Origin: Campylobacterales bacterium
Lineage (GTDB): Bacteria > Campylobacterota > Campylobacteria > Campylobacterales > Sulfurimonadaceae
NCBI GenBank assembly: GCA_038205935.1
Contig: JBBRBK010000012.1
Span: 1-41,378, forward strand
Length of the DNA: 41,378 nt
Direction of reading: 5' to 3'
The translations under genes were made by a program, and so were the position numbers. This document shows positions 1-10,364 of this stretch, piece by piece; positions within the stretch are counted from its first letter, which is position 1, and each line of letters starts with the position of its first letter. The notes beneath the pieces are model-generated. The model was not told the DNA's origin and searched no databases. It saw nothing but the letters and a program-made list of their open reading frames with translations.

Positions 1-2643
1 ATGGATATAACTTTCATAAAGCACACCTAAAACAATATATACAGTCACCACAGCCGCGAGGACGAGGAGTAAAGTATTTGACAAAGATTTTTCAAAAGCC
101 GCAGCACTTCCTTGAAATCTGCTTTCAACGCTCTTTGGCATCTGCAGTTCTTGTTCTACATTTTTTATAGCCGTGATGGCATCTCCTAAAGAGTAACCAT
201 GTGCTAAATTAAAAGAGATAGTGTTTGAGGGAAACTGCCCAAGATGATTGATACTCAGAGATGTGCGACGCTCCTCGATTTTAGCGATACTGCTTAAGCG
301 TATTTGAGTGCCATTTGTAGAACCTACATAGATATCATTTAAGGATTGCGGATTTAACTTATAGTTTGGCCCTACTTCAAGCACTACTCGGTATTGGCTT
401 GTTTGCGTGTAGATTGTCGAGATCAGTCTTTGTCCAAAAGCATCATATAAGGCGTTATCAATAGCCGCGACACTTACACCAAGGCGACTTGCGGTTGTTC
501 TATCTATATCTATATACGCCTGCAGACCGTTGTTTTGTTGATCACTTGTAATATCTTCTATTTGGGGAAGTTTTTTGAGTTTATCTACAAGTTTATCACT
601 CCATTGGCTTAGTTCCGCGGGATTTGGATCTTCGAGTGTAAACTGATACTGCATTGAACTCACGCGATCCTCAATGGTAAGATCTTGCACACTTTGCATG
701 TAAAGCTCTATACCCGCTACATTTGCAAGTCTGTCTTTGAGTCTTGCTATCACCTCATTTGCGCTTACATCTCTTGTGTCATGCGGTTTGAGATTGATCA
801 TCATCCGTCCGCTGTTAAGAGTTGTGTTGATCCCATCGACGCCGATAAATGAGCTTAAACTCTCAACTGCTGGGTCTTTTAATATCTCATCTGCAAGTTG
901 CTGCTGTTTTTGTGCCATGGCTGCAAAAGAGATTGACTGAGGTGCTTGGCTGATCCCTTGAATCAATCCTGTATCTTGCGAAGGAAAAAAACTTTTTGGA
1001 ATATATATATAAAGTCCAACTGTCAAAATGACCGTCGCAAAGAAAACACCTAACGTCAGTTTCTCTCTTTTTAGTACCCAAGTAAGGGACGTGGCATAGT
1101 GAGCTATCAGCCAATCAATAATCGCTCCAGTTTTTTTATAAAAAGAACCCTCTTGCTCGAGAGTTTGCTTGGATAACAAACGCGCGCTCATCATTGGAGT
1201 GAGGGTCAAAGAGATAAAAGCTGAGATCAAAATCGCAATGGCAAGTGTGATGGCAAACTCTCGGAACAATCTTCCTACGACATCTCCCATAAAAAGTAAA
1301 GGAATTAACACGGCAACCAAAGAGATGGTAAGTGAGATGATGGTAAAGCCTATCTGTTTAGAACCTTTGAGTGCTGCGGCTTTGGGATCTTCTCCCGCTT
1401 CTACATATCTCACAATATTTTCTATCATAACAATAGCGTCATCTACGACGAATCCCGTAGCGATGGTAAGCGCCATAAGCGTGAGATTGTTAAGACTAAA
1501 TCCTGCTAAATACATCGCACCAAATGTCCCAACTAGTGAAAGAGGAACTGCGACACTTGGGATAATAGTCGCTTTGAAGTTGCGCAAAAATAGAAACACT
1601 ACGAGCACGACTAAAAATACAGCGAAGAGAAGCTCTTTTTTTACGTCATCTACTGAAGCGCGAATCGTCGTTGTTCTATCAGTAAGCAGCTCTACATGTA
1701 AAGAACTAGGAAGCCCTTCTTGCAGTTTTGGCAGAAGTTTTTTTACCCTATCAACAACTTCGATGACGTTTGAACCCGGTTGTCTTTGGATATTGATCAA
1801 AATTGCCTCTGTTTTATTTGCCCAAGCGGCAAGTCTGACATTTTCCTCTGCGTCAATAACATCCGCCACATCACTCAGACGAATTGCTCCACCATTTTTA
1901 TAGGCGATGATCACATTTTTATACTCTTGCGCAGATTTGAGTTGATCATTGGCATCGATGGTTGAAGCACTAAGAAGGCCATCAAATCCACCTTTTGGTT
2001 CATTGACATTGGCACTTTGGATCACCGTTCTTAAAGTCTCTAAAGAGATATTATAATCTGCCAAAGCTCTTGGATTTACTTGAACTCGGACAGCTGGACG
2101 TCCGCCACCGCTTAAGCTCACAAGTCCAACACCTGTTACTTGAGAGAGTTTTTGAGCGACTCTGGTATCTACTAAATCTTGCACTTTATTAAGAGGCAAA
2201 CTCTTTGAGCTAACGGCTATCGTCAAGATTGGCGTGTCTGCGGGATTGACTTTATTGTAAACAGGCGGTGTCGGCAAGTCTGTTGGAAGCAGTGCTTGCG
2301 CGGAGTTGATACCTGCTTGAACTTCTTGTTCTGCAACATCAAGAGAAATATCTAAACTAAATTGTAAAGTGATGACAGAAGCTCCGCCCGAACTCGTTGA
2401 AAGCATTTGGTTTAGACCTGGCATCTGTCCAAACTGTTTTTCCAAAGGAGCAGTCACCGAAGAAGTGATCACATCAGGACTCGCTCCGGGATATAAAGTC
2501 ACAACTTGAATAGTAGGATAATCCACTTCCGGCAAAGCAGAAAGCGGCAACATCTTATATCCGATGATGCCTGAAAGTAAAAGTGCAAGCATTATCAAAG
2601 AAGTGGCGATAGGGCGTAAAATAAATATGCGTGATGGATTCAC
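1..2643 (-). CDS. mdtB: MdtB/MuxB-family multidrug RND efflux permease (3'-partial, runs off window)
   Basis: Not in ORF track. Manual translation from GTG at 2643 gives [58 protein letters not shown]..., the MdtB N-terminus. It lies 3 nt after the MdtA-like gene. Confidence 0.92.
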   Translation of the reverse strand, partial: MNPSRIFILRPIATSLIMLALLLSGIIGYKMLPLSALPEVDYPTIQVVTLYPGASPDVITSSVTAPLEKQFGQMPGLNQMLSTSSGGASVITLQFSLDISLDVAEQEVQAGINSAQALLPTDLPTPPVYNKVNPADTPILTIAVSSKSLPLNKVQDLVDTRVAQKLSQVTGVGLVSLSGGGRPAVRVQVNPRALADYNISLETLRTVIQSANVNEPKGGFDGLLSASTIDANDQLKSAQEYKNVIIAYKNGGAIRLSDVADVIDAEENVRLAAWANKTEAILINIQRQPGSNVIEVVDRVKKLLPKLQEGLPSSLHVELLTDRTTTIRASVDDVKKELLFAVFLVVLVVFLFLRNFKATIIPSVAVPLSLVGTFGAMYLAGFSLNNLTLMALTIATGFVVDDAIVMIENIVRYVEAGEDPKAAALKGSKQIGFTIISLTISLVAVLIPLLFMGDVVGRLFREFAITLAIAILISAFISLTLTPMMSARLLSKQTLEQEGSFYKKTGAIIDWLIAHYATSLTWVLKREKLTLGVFFATVILTVGLYIYIPKSFFPSQDTGLIQGISQAPQSISFAAMAQKQQQLADEILKDPAVESLSSFIGVDGINTTLNSGRMMINLKPHDTRDVSANEVIARLKDRLANVAGIELYMQSVQDLTIEDRVSSMQYQFTLEDPNPAELSQWSDKLVDKLKKLPQIEDITSDQQNNGLQAYIDIDRTTASRLGVSVAAIDNALYDAFGQRLISTIYTQTSQYRVVLEVGPNYKLNPQSLNDIYVGSTNGTQIRLSSIAKIEERRTSLSINHLGQFPSNTISFNLAHGYSLGDAITAIKNVEQELQMPKSVESRFQGSAAAFEKSLSNTLLLVLAAVVTVYIVLGVLYESYIH

Positions 2644-2646
2644 TAT

Positions 2647-3870
2647 TTACTGCTCTTTTTTAAATTTGTTTTTATGTCCTTGCTCTGAAGGGGCATCTTT
2701 TTTTACCGGTATGACTTTCATCTTATCTTTGAGTTTATCTAGTCCATCGATCACAACAGATTCTCCTACACTTAAACCATCTTCTATCACGATAATACCA
2801 GATTGTGAGGAACCTGTCTTTACATCTCTTACATGTACGCTGTTGTTCGCATCAACAACGTAAACAAACCCGCCTTTTGAGCCGTACTGCAGAGCGACTT
2901 GAGGAATTGTAATCGCATTATGTAAGGTCTCGATTAAAAGATGTATATTGACAAATTGGTTTGGAAAAAGAGTTAGCTCTTTGTTTGCAAATTCAGCTCG
3001 GAGTTTAAGAGTTCCAGTTGCTGGATCTATCTGATTGTCTGCACTTATAAGCACGCCGCTTTGCAATTTGTTTGTGTCACTTCTATCATAAGCATCCACA
3101 AGCATTTTTTGATTGCTATGAAACTTTTGCATCACAGCTGTAACTCTGTCTTCAGGGATCGTAAAAAGAGCCGTGATAGGTTGCATAGTCGTAACAGAAA
3201 CGACACCGTTTTGATCGGATGTATGTACAATATTACCTAAGTCTACAAGGCGAAGTCCCACTCTACCGCTTATGGGCGAAGTAATTCGACAATATGAAAG
3301 TTGAAGTTGTGCATTTTTGACAGCTGCTCTGTCAACCTTTATACTCCCCTCGTATTGGTGCACTAAAGCTTTTTGAGTATCATACACTTGCGTCGAAACG
3401 GAGTTTTGAGCTCGTAGATTTTCATATCTTTTAAGGTCAATACGTGCATTATCTAAGAATGCTTGATCTTTTGCAAGTACACCCAGAGCTTGTTCAAGTG
3501 CCACTTCATATGGACGTGGATCGATGAGTGCAAGATTTTCCCCTGCATGTACATTTTGCCCTTCATGAAAGTAGATTTTCATAAGTTGACCATCAACAAG
3601 TGTTTTCACAGTCACTGTAGTTGTTGGAACAATAGTCCCTAAACTGTTGATAGAGATGTTGACATCCGAACTTTTAGCAACAGCCGTAACCACACTTATA
3701 GGTTTTGCCGAGCGCTTTTTTTGTGCATCAGAACTACTATCTTTTTTTGTAGAACTAGACCAGTAATAGTAAGCTCCACCGACAATAAGTAACAAAAGAA
3801 CAACAACTGCAGTAACTGAGCCTCGGGAATATTGAGCAGATAATTTTTTATATGACATGAAAGCACCCAT
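2647..3870 (-). CDS. mdtA: MdtA-family RND membrane fusion protein
   Basis: N-terminal TM segment; motifs [52 protein letters not shown]. Start may be ATG 3858. Confidence 0.9.
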   Translation of the reverse strand: MGAFMSYKKLSAQYSRGSVTAVVVLLLLIVGGAYYYWSSSTKKDSSSDAQKKRSAKPISVVTAVAKSSDVNISINSLGTIVPTTTVTVKTLVDGQLMKIYFHEGQNVHAGENLALIDPRPYEVALEQALGVLAKDQAFLDNARIDLKRYENLRAQNSVSTQVYDTQKALVHQYEGSIKVDRAAVKNAQLQLSYCRITSPISGRVGLRLVDLGNIVHTSDQNGVVSVTTMQPITALFTIPEDRVTAVMQKFHSNQKMLVDAYDRSDTNKLQSGVLISADNQIDPATGTLKLRAEFANKELTLFPNQFVNIHLLIETLHNAITIPQVALQYGSKGGFVYVVDANNSVHVRDVKTGSSQSGIIVIEDGLSVGESVVIDGLDKLKDKMKVIPVKKDAPSEQGHKNKFKKEQ

Positions 3871-3986
3871 ATTGAGTTAGATGGTCGAATTATATATCTT
3901 TATTCTTAACAACTTTAACAATATTTTACTAGTTTTAGTCTACTCTTCAATTATGGAGACAGGAATCCAAATAAAAATCAACTACT

Positions 3987-3995
3987 TGGTATAAT
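3987..3995 (+). promoter_or_regulatory. Extended -10 element TGGTATAAT
   Basis: TGnTATAAT 27 nt upstream of the small ORF at 4023. Confidence 0.5.
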
Positions 3996-4022
3996 CACAC
4001 ATATTTTTTTAAAGAGTTTTAT

Positions 4023-4190
4023 ATGTTGGAATCTTTTATGAGTGTGTATAGTTTAAGTACTATTGGGTTAATAATTGGAGTTATGATCCTCTTATTTTAT
4101 ATGAAGATGATGAAGTGGATTTTTAAGATCATTGTTTTAGGGATTATTCTCCTTGTAGGGTTTTTGTATTATAAATCTAAAGGAATGTAA
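4023..4190 (+). CDS. Small 55-aa membrane protein with two hydrophobic segments
   Basis: Below the ORF-track cutoff. MLESFMSVYSLSTIGLIIGVMILLFYMKMMKWIFKIIVLGIILLVGFLYYKSKGM*. AAGAG upstream; its stop abuts the AAGGAG RBS of the next gene. Confidence 0.7.
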   Translation: MLESFMSVYSLSTIGLIIGVMILLFYMKMMKWIFKIIVLGIILLVGFLYYKSKGM

Positions 4191-4204
4191 AAGGAGTCAT
4201 ATCA

Positions 4205-4498
4205 ATGATCGACTTTCTGACGTTTAACAAGTTTATATCGCTTTATATGCTTGTGGTTTTTTACTACCTTGGAGCGGTCGTCATTCCTTTGATGATCTTT
4301 TTTTCTAAATCCTATTTTTTTAAAAAATACAGTTTTTTAGCAAAATTCATGGATACAGCTACTCAGGCAACGTCTCTTCGTATAAAAATAATTTTTATTT
4401 TCTGCATAATCTTTTGTGAAATTCTTTGGAGAATGATGTTTGAAGTCATAATAGGATATTTTCAGATGCACGACTATTTGCAACAGTTACAAAAATAA
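4205..4498 (+). CDS. DUF4282-like small membrane protein
   Basis: N-terminus MIDFLTFNKFIS and C-terminal LWRMMFEVII resemble DUF4282; AAGGAG RBS. Confidence 0.7.
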   Translation: MIDFLTFNKFISLYMLVVFYYLGAVVIPLMIFFSKSYFFKKYSFLAKFMDTATQATSLRIKIIFIFCIIFCEILWRMMFEVIIGYFQMHDYLQQLQK

Positions 4499-4553
4499 GT
4501 ATGCAAGTCTATTGACTTCTTTGCGTGTAAAAATGGATTAATGACAACTTTTG

Positions 4554-4562
4554 TGATATAAT
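4554..4562 (+). promoter_or_regulatory. Extended -10 element TGATATAAT upstream of motA
   Basis: TGnTATAAT about 60 nt before the motA TTG start. Confidence 0.5.
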
Positions 4563-4621
4563 CCTACAAATTTTATACTATTTTATCCACTAACATCAAA
4601 TAATTAGCGCTGGAGTTTCCT

Positions 4622-5392
4622 TTGGATTTAACTGTTATTTTAGGCATATTAGGCGCTATTGCGACTATTTCAATTGGGGACTTAATGGAAGGTGGAAATC
4701 CTGTTCATATAGTCCATATAACTTCTCTTATTATCATTATGCCAACGACTCTTCTAGCTTCTATGGTTAGTACAGATGCAGAGTTTATCAAAGGTGCTTT
4801 TAAAAATGTTGGAATGATTTTCAAGAAATCACCAATCAATTTAGAAGAAAGAATTAAGGAAATTGTTGATTTGTCAGTGATGGCCCGCCGAGATGGCTTG
4901 TTATCGCTTGAGTCCAAAGTTGCGGGAATGGATAACGAATTCTTTAAGCAAGGACTTAGTATGGCAGTTGATGGTAGTGATATTGACACCATAACTGAAA
5001 TCCTTGAATTAACAATAGAAGAAACTGAGCACTACTATCATGGATGTGGACATTACTGGATTTTAGCCGGAGAAACATCACCCGTTTTGGGTCTTATTGG
5101 AGCCGTTTTGGGTCTAATTTTAGCACTTCAAAAACTTGATAATCCACCATTAATGGCAGAGGGTATTGCGGGGGCATTTACTGCAACTGTAACGGGTATC
5201 TTTAGTTCTTATGTTTTATTTGGTCCTATGGGAGCAAAAATGATAGCAAAATCGCACCATATTGTAAAAGAACAGAAAATGATTCTAGAAGGAATTATAG
5301 GGATAACTCAAGGTGATAATCCTCGTACAATTGAAGCAAAATTGTTTAACTTTCTCCCTCCTGGAGAACCAAAACATAGTCAATTTAATTAA
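4622..5392 (+). CDS. motA: Flagellar stator protein MotA
   Basis: MDLTVILG, ARRDGLLSLE, GETSPVLGLIGAVLGL, IAGAFTATVTG, GDNPRTIEAKL; TTG start with GGAG RBS. Confidence 0.95.
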   Translation: MDLTVILGILGAIATISIGDLMEGGNPVHIVHITSLIIIMPTTLLASMVSTDAEFIKGAFKNVGMIFKKSPINLEERIKEIVDLSVMARRDGLLSLESKVAGMDNEFFKQGLSMAVDGSDIDTITEILELTIEETEHYYHGCGHYWILAGETSPVLGLIGAVLGLILALQKLDNPPLMAEGIAGAFTATVTGIFSSYVLFGPMGAKMIAKSHHIVKEQKMILEGIIGITQGDNPRTIEAKLFNFLPPGEPKHSQFN

Positions 5393-5404
5393 CGAAGTAT
5401 AGTA

Positions 5405-6265
5405 ATGAGAAAGAAAAAATGTAAAAAATGTCCTGCATGTCCGCCAGCTGAAAAGTGGGCTGTTCCTACTGCTGACTTTTTTAGTCTCTTGTTGGCACTC
5501 TTTATTGCTCTATTTGCGATAGCTTCAGTAAATAAAGAAAAGGTCAGTGCTCTTAAATCTGCCTTTGCTGAAATATATGAGTTTACGCCAAAAGCTCAAC
5601 AAACTGTTCCTGTACTTAAGATGGATCCAAAGCCCGGAGAAACAAAAAAAGAGGGTACAGATGATAGTATCATCCTTAATGGGCAAAAAAGTATCTTAGA
5701 GGGAGGAAGCGGAACTAGCAAGGATAAGCAACAGCAAGCTGCAGCCATTGCCCAAGCAGTTTTAAATATGCGCCAAATGATAGATAAAGAAAAGAAGAGT
5801 GCAGATGTAACGCTTGAAGAATCAGAAAATGGTTTTATAATAAATCTACCTGCTTCACTTGCATTTAAAGGTGATAGTGCTGTAATCCAGAATGAAGATG
5901 CAATCCAATTCATTAAAAATGTTGGTAGAATTGCTAAGCAACTACCACCAAAGACAGATATCTTAGTTAATGGATATACAGATGATATGGCGCCAAGCGC
6001 GAGTTCTATATATAAAGACAATTGGCAATTATCAAGTGCTAGAGCACTAAGTGTTGTTAAAGAGTTAATGAAAGATGGTATTAGTGGAGATAAACTTGGA
6101 GCAGTTGGCTATGGAGAGTTTAGACCACTTAATCCAAATAATTCAGAAGAAAATCAACAAAAAAATAGACGTGTAACAATAAATTTTGTGACAAAACAGG
6201 ATGGACCTCCTTCCCTACCTCCAAAAAATATTTTAGATCAGAAAAGTTCTTCTCCAAAACCATAA
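5405..6265 (+). CDS. motB: Flagellar stator protein MotB
   Basis: EKWAVPTADFFSLLLALFIAL TM with the conserved Asp; OmpA-like C-terminus (GYTD, NWQLSSARA, GYGEFRP, KNRRV). Confidence 0.95.
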   Translation: MRKKKCKKCPACPPAEKWAVPTADFFSLLLALFIALFAIASVNKEKVSALKSAFAEIYEFTPKAQQTVPVLKMDPKPGETKKEGTDDSIILNGQKSILEGGSGTSKDKQQQAAAIAQAVLNMRQMIDKEKKSADVTLEESENGFIINLPASLAFKGDSAVIQNEDAIQFIKNVGRIAKQLPPKTDILVNGYTDDMAPSASSIYKDNWQLSSARALSVVKELMKDGISGDKLGAVGYGEFRPLNPNNSEENQQKNRRVTINFVTKQDGPPSLPPKNILDQKSSSPKP

Positions 6266-6286
6266 AAAAGTCAAAGGTAATACAAC

Positions 6287-6817
6287 ATGAGTGTACGTTT
6301 AGTCAATGCACCAATATCTATCTCTTTTAGTGAAAATACACAAGAGGATCGAGAACTTTTTTTAAGAGAATATGATAGAGCCAGTCAAACAGATGATGAC
6401 CCAATTGCACAGTGGCTTAAAACAACTAAAGCAAGAGGTGAAACAGCAGATAGTGATGCTGTTGTACTTAATTTACTGGTAGAACTTCACAGAAAAATAG
6501 ATAATCTTGAAAAATATATCAAAAATGAAGAATCAAAAAAACTTCCACTCGCTTGGAATGAAGATATTCAAAGTATAGGACATGGGCACTTCAAATTAGT
6601 AAAGCCTACACTAGTTACCGGAATGGAATACTATGCAAGAATTACAATGCCTGTGCATCCAAAGAGAGATATTGCTGTCTATTTTAAAGCCATAGACACT
6701 TCTCTTGCTAGCATTACAAAAATGCATGCACGAGATGAACAAGAATGGAGTATGTACCTCACGGCGAGAGAAAGAATTTTGATTCGAGAAATGAAAGAAT
6801 CGAAAGAATCAAGATAA
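6287..6817 (+). CDS. Conserved hypothetical protein, possibly a degenerate PilZ-like fold
   Basis: AAAGG RBS, 21 nt after motB. Coiled segment LVELHRKIDNLE, then IQSIGHG, a beta-rich core and a terminal helix EWSMYLTARERILIRE. Confidence 0.7.
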   Translation: MSVRLVNAPISISFSENTQEDRELFLREYDRASQTDDDPIAQWLKTTKARGETADSDAVVLNLLVELHRKIDNLEKYIKNEESKKLPLAWNEDIQSIGHGHFKLVKPTLVTGMEYYARITMPVHPKRDIAVYFKAIDTSLASITKMHARDEQEWSMYLTARERILIREMKESKESR

Positions 6818-6841
6818 AATTCCAAATTGTTTAATAAGCAA

Positions 6842-6877
6842 ATGTATAATTGAGATAACCTTATCTCGATAATACAT
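6842..6877. promoter_or_regulatory. 36-bp imperfect palindrome overlapping a TATAAT box (putative operator)
   Basis: ATGTATAATTGAGATAA-CC-TTATCTCGATAATACAT; 15 of 17 arm positions are complementary; TATAAT at 6845-6850. Confidence 0.55.
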
Positions 6878-6892
6878 ATTAGGAATTTTAAA

Positions 6893-7312
6893 ATGAAATC
6901 AGAAAGCTTTGACCCAAAAATTATTATAGCCTCAGCCTTAATTGGGACTAGTTTATTTGCAAGTACTCCTGTTGTTAGAGAAAATCTTACTCGAGTACAA
7001 AATAGCGTTTATACAACTAGACAACAAAGATCTGTCAAACTCGAAGAACAACTTTACAACCATCGATTTCAATGTTCTCAAACAGGAATCATTGTTCATT
7101 TTTTACCAGATGCTAAAGCTCAGTTGTTTGATACAGATATAGCTCAAATACTTCAGGGTGATTATCGTATTCAATTCAATAGAGATATTGTCATGAATAT
7201 CTATAAAAATCCATCAAAAAGTTTTGATCTTCTGCTTCGCGATGTTGCTCTTGAAACTGGGGGATTTAGTGCAAATCTCAACAATACAGAGCGTTATTTT
7301 CAAAAAGTTTAA
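6893..7312 (+). CDS. Hypothetical protein, possible signal peptide
   Basis: AGGAA RBS; IIIASALIGTSLFA|S resembles a signal peptide; no recognised domain. Confidence 0.6.
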   Translation: MKSESFDPKIIIASALIGTSLFASTPVVRENLTRVQNSVYTTRQQRSVKLEEQLYNHRFQCSQTGIIVHFLPDAKAQLFDTDIAQILQGDYRIQFNRDIVMNIYKNPSKSFDLLLRDVALETGGFSANLNNTERYFQKV

Positions 7313-7346
7313 AATCATTTTATAGAAAAGTTTAAAAGGTATCATC

Positions 7347-8579
7347 TTGAATAGTTCCCGTCTCTCAATCATAAAACAAGTATTAACTCTCCCCGTCATT
7401 GTTATTGCCATGGGATATTTTGTAGATATCTACGATCTTATCATATTTGGCGTCGTTAGAGTTGCCAGTCTTCAAGAACTTGGGCTTAGTGGAGACGCCA
7501 TCACTTCTTGGGGTTCCATTATCTTAAATATGCAAATGGGCGGTATGCTTATAGGCGGAATATTATGGGGAATACTCGGAGATAAACGAGGTCGACTTTC
7601 AGTCTTATTTGCATCAATTATTCTTTATTCATTGGCGAATCTCTTAAATGCTTTTGTCACCAACGTTGAACAGTATGCATTGCTTCGTTTTATTGCAGGT
7701 ATAGGTTTGGCTGGTGAATTGGGGGCAGGAGTAACCTTAGTCGCTGAAATCTTGCCAAAGCATCTTCGTGGTTATGGCATTATGACCATTGCAAGTTTTG
7801 GTGTTCTTGGAGTCGTGGCTGCTGATTTGGTAGCAGAAAATTTTGCATGGCGTGATGCTTATATCTTTGGTGCCGTGCTAGGTCTTTTTCTCCTTTTACT
7901 GCGTTTTAGAGTTTCTGAATCGAAAATGTTTACTCATCATGTAAGCGATGATGTCAAACGTGGAGATTTCTTTGCCCTTTTCACTCATAAGCGTCTTTTT
8001 ATAAAATATATAAAAGCAATTGCAATCGGTATCCCACTTTGGTATGTTGTGAGCATCTTAGTCATGTTTTCTCCTGAATTTGCAAAAGCATTAGCTATTA
8101 GTGGAAAAGTAACTGCAGGACAAGCATTGATGTACTGTTATATAGGTTTGGCAGTGGGTGATCTAGGAAGTGGCTATCTTTCACAAATGATGCAAAGCCG
8201 TAAAAAAGCATTTTTTATTTTTTTACTTCTTTCTTTGGTAAGCGTATTTTATTATTATACTTTACAAGGCGCTAGTGCAGAGCAATTTTATATTGCAATG
8301 TTTTTTCTTGGTGTCTTTTGCGGTTACTGGGCTCTTTTTATTACTATGGCAGCAGAACAGTTTGGAACAAATATTCGAGCAACAGTCGCAACTACAGTAC
8401 CAAACTTTGTAAGAGGTTCTGTTGTGCCTATTACCTCTTCTTTTATTTTATTAAAAGGAAGTGTCGGAGTTTTAAATGCAGGAGCTATCGTTGGAGCTGT
8501 TGTATTTACTCTCGCTTTGATAGCACTCACATTGACACACGATACATTTCATAAAGATCTAGATTATATCGAAGCTTGA
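7347..8579 (+). CDS. MFS transporter
   Basis: About 12 hydrophobic segments; motif A GILGDKRGR; GLAGELG; AAEQFGTNIRAT. Confidence 0.9.
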   Translation: MNSSRLSIIKQVLTLPVIVIAMGYFVDIYDLIIFGVVRVASLQELGLSGDAITSWGSIILNMQMGGMLIGGILWGILGDKRGRLSVLFASIILYSLANLLNAFVTNVEQYALLRFIAGIGLAGELGAGVTLVAEILPKHLRGYGIMTIASFGVLGVVAADLVAENFAWRDAYIFGAVLGLFLLLLRFRVSESKMFTHHVSDDVKRGDFFALFTHKRLFIKYIKAIAIGIPLWYVVSILVMFSPEFAKALAISGKVTAGQALMYCYIGLAVGDLGSGYLSQMMQSRKKAFFIFLLLSLVSVFYYYTLQGASAEQFYIAMFFLGVFCGYWALFITMAAEQFGTNIRATVATTVPNFVRGSVVPITSSFILLKGSVGVLNAGAIVGAVVFTLALIALTLTHDTFHKDLDYIEA

Positions 8580-8594
8580 TAATTATAATCTTCT

Positions 8595-10079
8595 TTATTT
8601 GGAAATAAAACTAAGACAAAAATAGATTGCCGAGCTCAGTAGTGCAGTTACCGGCAAAGTAAATAACCAAGACAAAAGTATATTAGTGATGGTACTTTTT
8701 TGCACTCCACCCTCTGGATCAGCTACCATTGTCCCAGCAACAGCACTAGAGACAATATGTGTTGTACTCACAGGTGCATGGGCAAAGTTTGCCAATAAAA
8801 TAGTCACCATAGACATAGCTTGTGCGATGGTAGCTTGCATGTAGTTGATCGGTTGTGATCCGATTTTTTCACCAATTGTAACAACAATTCTTTTGTAACC
8901 TATAATAGTGCCAATACTAATAGCAAACGCCACAGCAATTATGACCCAGTAAGGCACATACTCAGTTGAAGATATCATAGGTTTTCTTTGAACTGATATA
9001 TAATCAGATTTATCTTTATCACTCGTTGCGTAAGTTTTTTCTACTTGAGCAAAAAAGTTATCTGAGCATAAAATAGCAGTATGCATACTCCATCGGTCTT
9101 TTGGAGAAAGCTCAGAATATGATTTTAACCCACTTAGTTTGCTTGCAATTAAAGCCGTAGTCTCATACTCTTGGTTTACATTACACTCCGCAATCGTATT
9201 TTTAATTTTAAGAGCACTGATAAGATGTTTATCGTTGACAAGTTTTGTAAGTGTTTCATTATTTTCAGCATAAAATTTTGCTAGGTTTGCAGCACTGTCT
9301 CGAGTTTGTTTAATCGTATATTCGTGAGACTTCATATCTAGTGCATAATATGATGGCAATATCCCGATAAGAATAATCATAATAAGACCTATCCCTTTTT
9401 GTCCATCATTAGACCCATGAGCAAAACTCACACCTGCACCCGTTGCGATAATTCCAAGTCTCATCCAAAAATTGGGACGTTTTCTTTTCACTTCAATATC
9501 CGGTGATTTAAAAAACTTTGGATTATGAACAACTTTTCTGGTTACTTTCATAAGAACAAATGCAAAGCCAAAGCCTATGATAGGAGAAAGAGCCAATGCT
9601 GTTAATATACCGTATACAACTTTCCAATTCACGCTCTGGGAAAGTTCAAAGCCATGCATAACACCAAAGGTAGCACTTACTCCAATCATAGATCCTATCA
9701 ATGAATGAGAACTAGAAACAGGTAAACCAAAAAACCAAGTACCAAAATTCCATATAACTGCAGAAATCAACAGTGAATAGATCATCACCAATGTTGCGCT
9801 TTGATTCGTTGCAACGATAATATCAAGCGGCAATAGATGTACAATGACATAAGCGACACCGATACCGCCTGCTATCACACCTAAAAAATTCATAATACCA
9901 GACATAATAACCGAGTACTTTGCTTGCATTGAATTTGTGTAAATAATCATAGCAACCGCATTTGCAGTGTCATGAAAGCCATTTATCATTTCATAAAAGA
10001 GAGCTAGTCCCAACGATAAAAGTAATAAACCAATTGTAATATTGTTGATATTATTCAACGCTTCCCAAAGTACAGACAT
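8595..10079 (-). CDS. pitA: PiT-family inorganic phosphate transporter
   Basis: Signature motifs GFHDTANA, GLPVSSSHS, AHGSNDGQK and PVSTTH. Confidence 0.9.
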   Translation of the reverse strand: MSVLWEALNNINNITIGLLLLSLGLALFYEMINGFHDTANAVAMIIYTNSMQAKYSVIMSGIMNFLGVIAGGIGVAYVIVHLLPLDIIVATNQSATLVMIYSLLISAVIWNFGTWFFGLPVSSSHSLIGSMIGVSATFGVMHGFELSQSVNWKVVYGILTALALSPIIGFGFAFVLMKVTRKVVHNPKFFKSPDIEVKRKRPNFWMRLGIIATGAGVSFAHGSNDGQKGIGLIMIILIGILPSYYALDMKSHEYTIKQTRDSAANLAKFYAENNETLTKLVNDKHLISALKIKNTIAECNVNQEYETTALIASKLSGLKSYSELSPKDRWSMHTAILCSDNFFAQVEKTYATSDKDKSDYISVQRKPMISSTEYVPYWVIIAVAFAISIGTIIGYKRIVVTIGEKIGSQPINYMQATIAQAMSMVTILLANFAHAPVSTTHIVSSAVAGTMVADPEGGVQKSTITNILLSWLFTLPVTALLSSAIYFCLSFISK

Positions 10080-10364
10080 GTAACTATCCCCAGATGTTAA
10101 AGATCAAGAAAACTTGCCATCCCAAGACAGATAATTTTTTTGATTTTTAACTCTATTGTATACCCTCATTATAGACGAAAACTATGGAATAATCTGTTTA
10201 AATTGTATCATCCATACATACAAAATACTTTTACATGTAACCTGAAATTATTCTGCCACAAAAAAAGTAAAAAAGTTGATAATTCTTCTTTAACCAACTT
10301 CCACATATAATTTCAATATTAACTTGAAGTCTGAATCTTTGAGAATACATGAAGGAAACTAAAT

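Noticed and set aside
737..2863. ORF-track entries at 737, 887, 1169 (244 aa), 1780 and 2564
   Set aside because: They are antisense or off-frame shadows of mdtB/mdtA. mdtB is missing from the track only because it has no stop codon inside the window.
6852..6867. Fur box reading of GATAA-CC-TTATC
   Set aside because: The spacer is 2 nt rather than the 3 nt of the Fur 7-1-7 core; kept as an operator of unknown specificity.
10080..10240. Pho box or structured leader upstream of the PiT gene
   Set aside because: No convincing 11-bp-spaced direct repeat or stable hairpin was found by eye.
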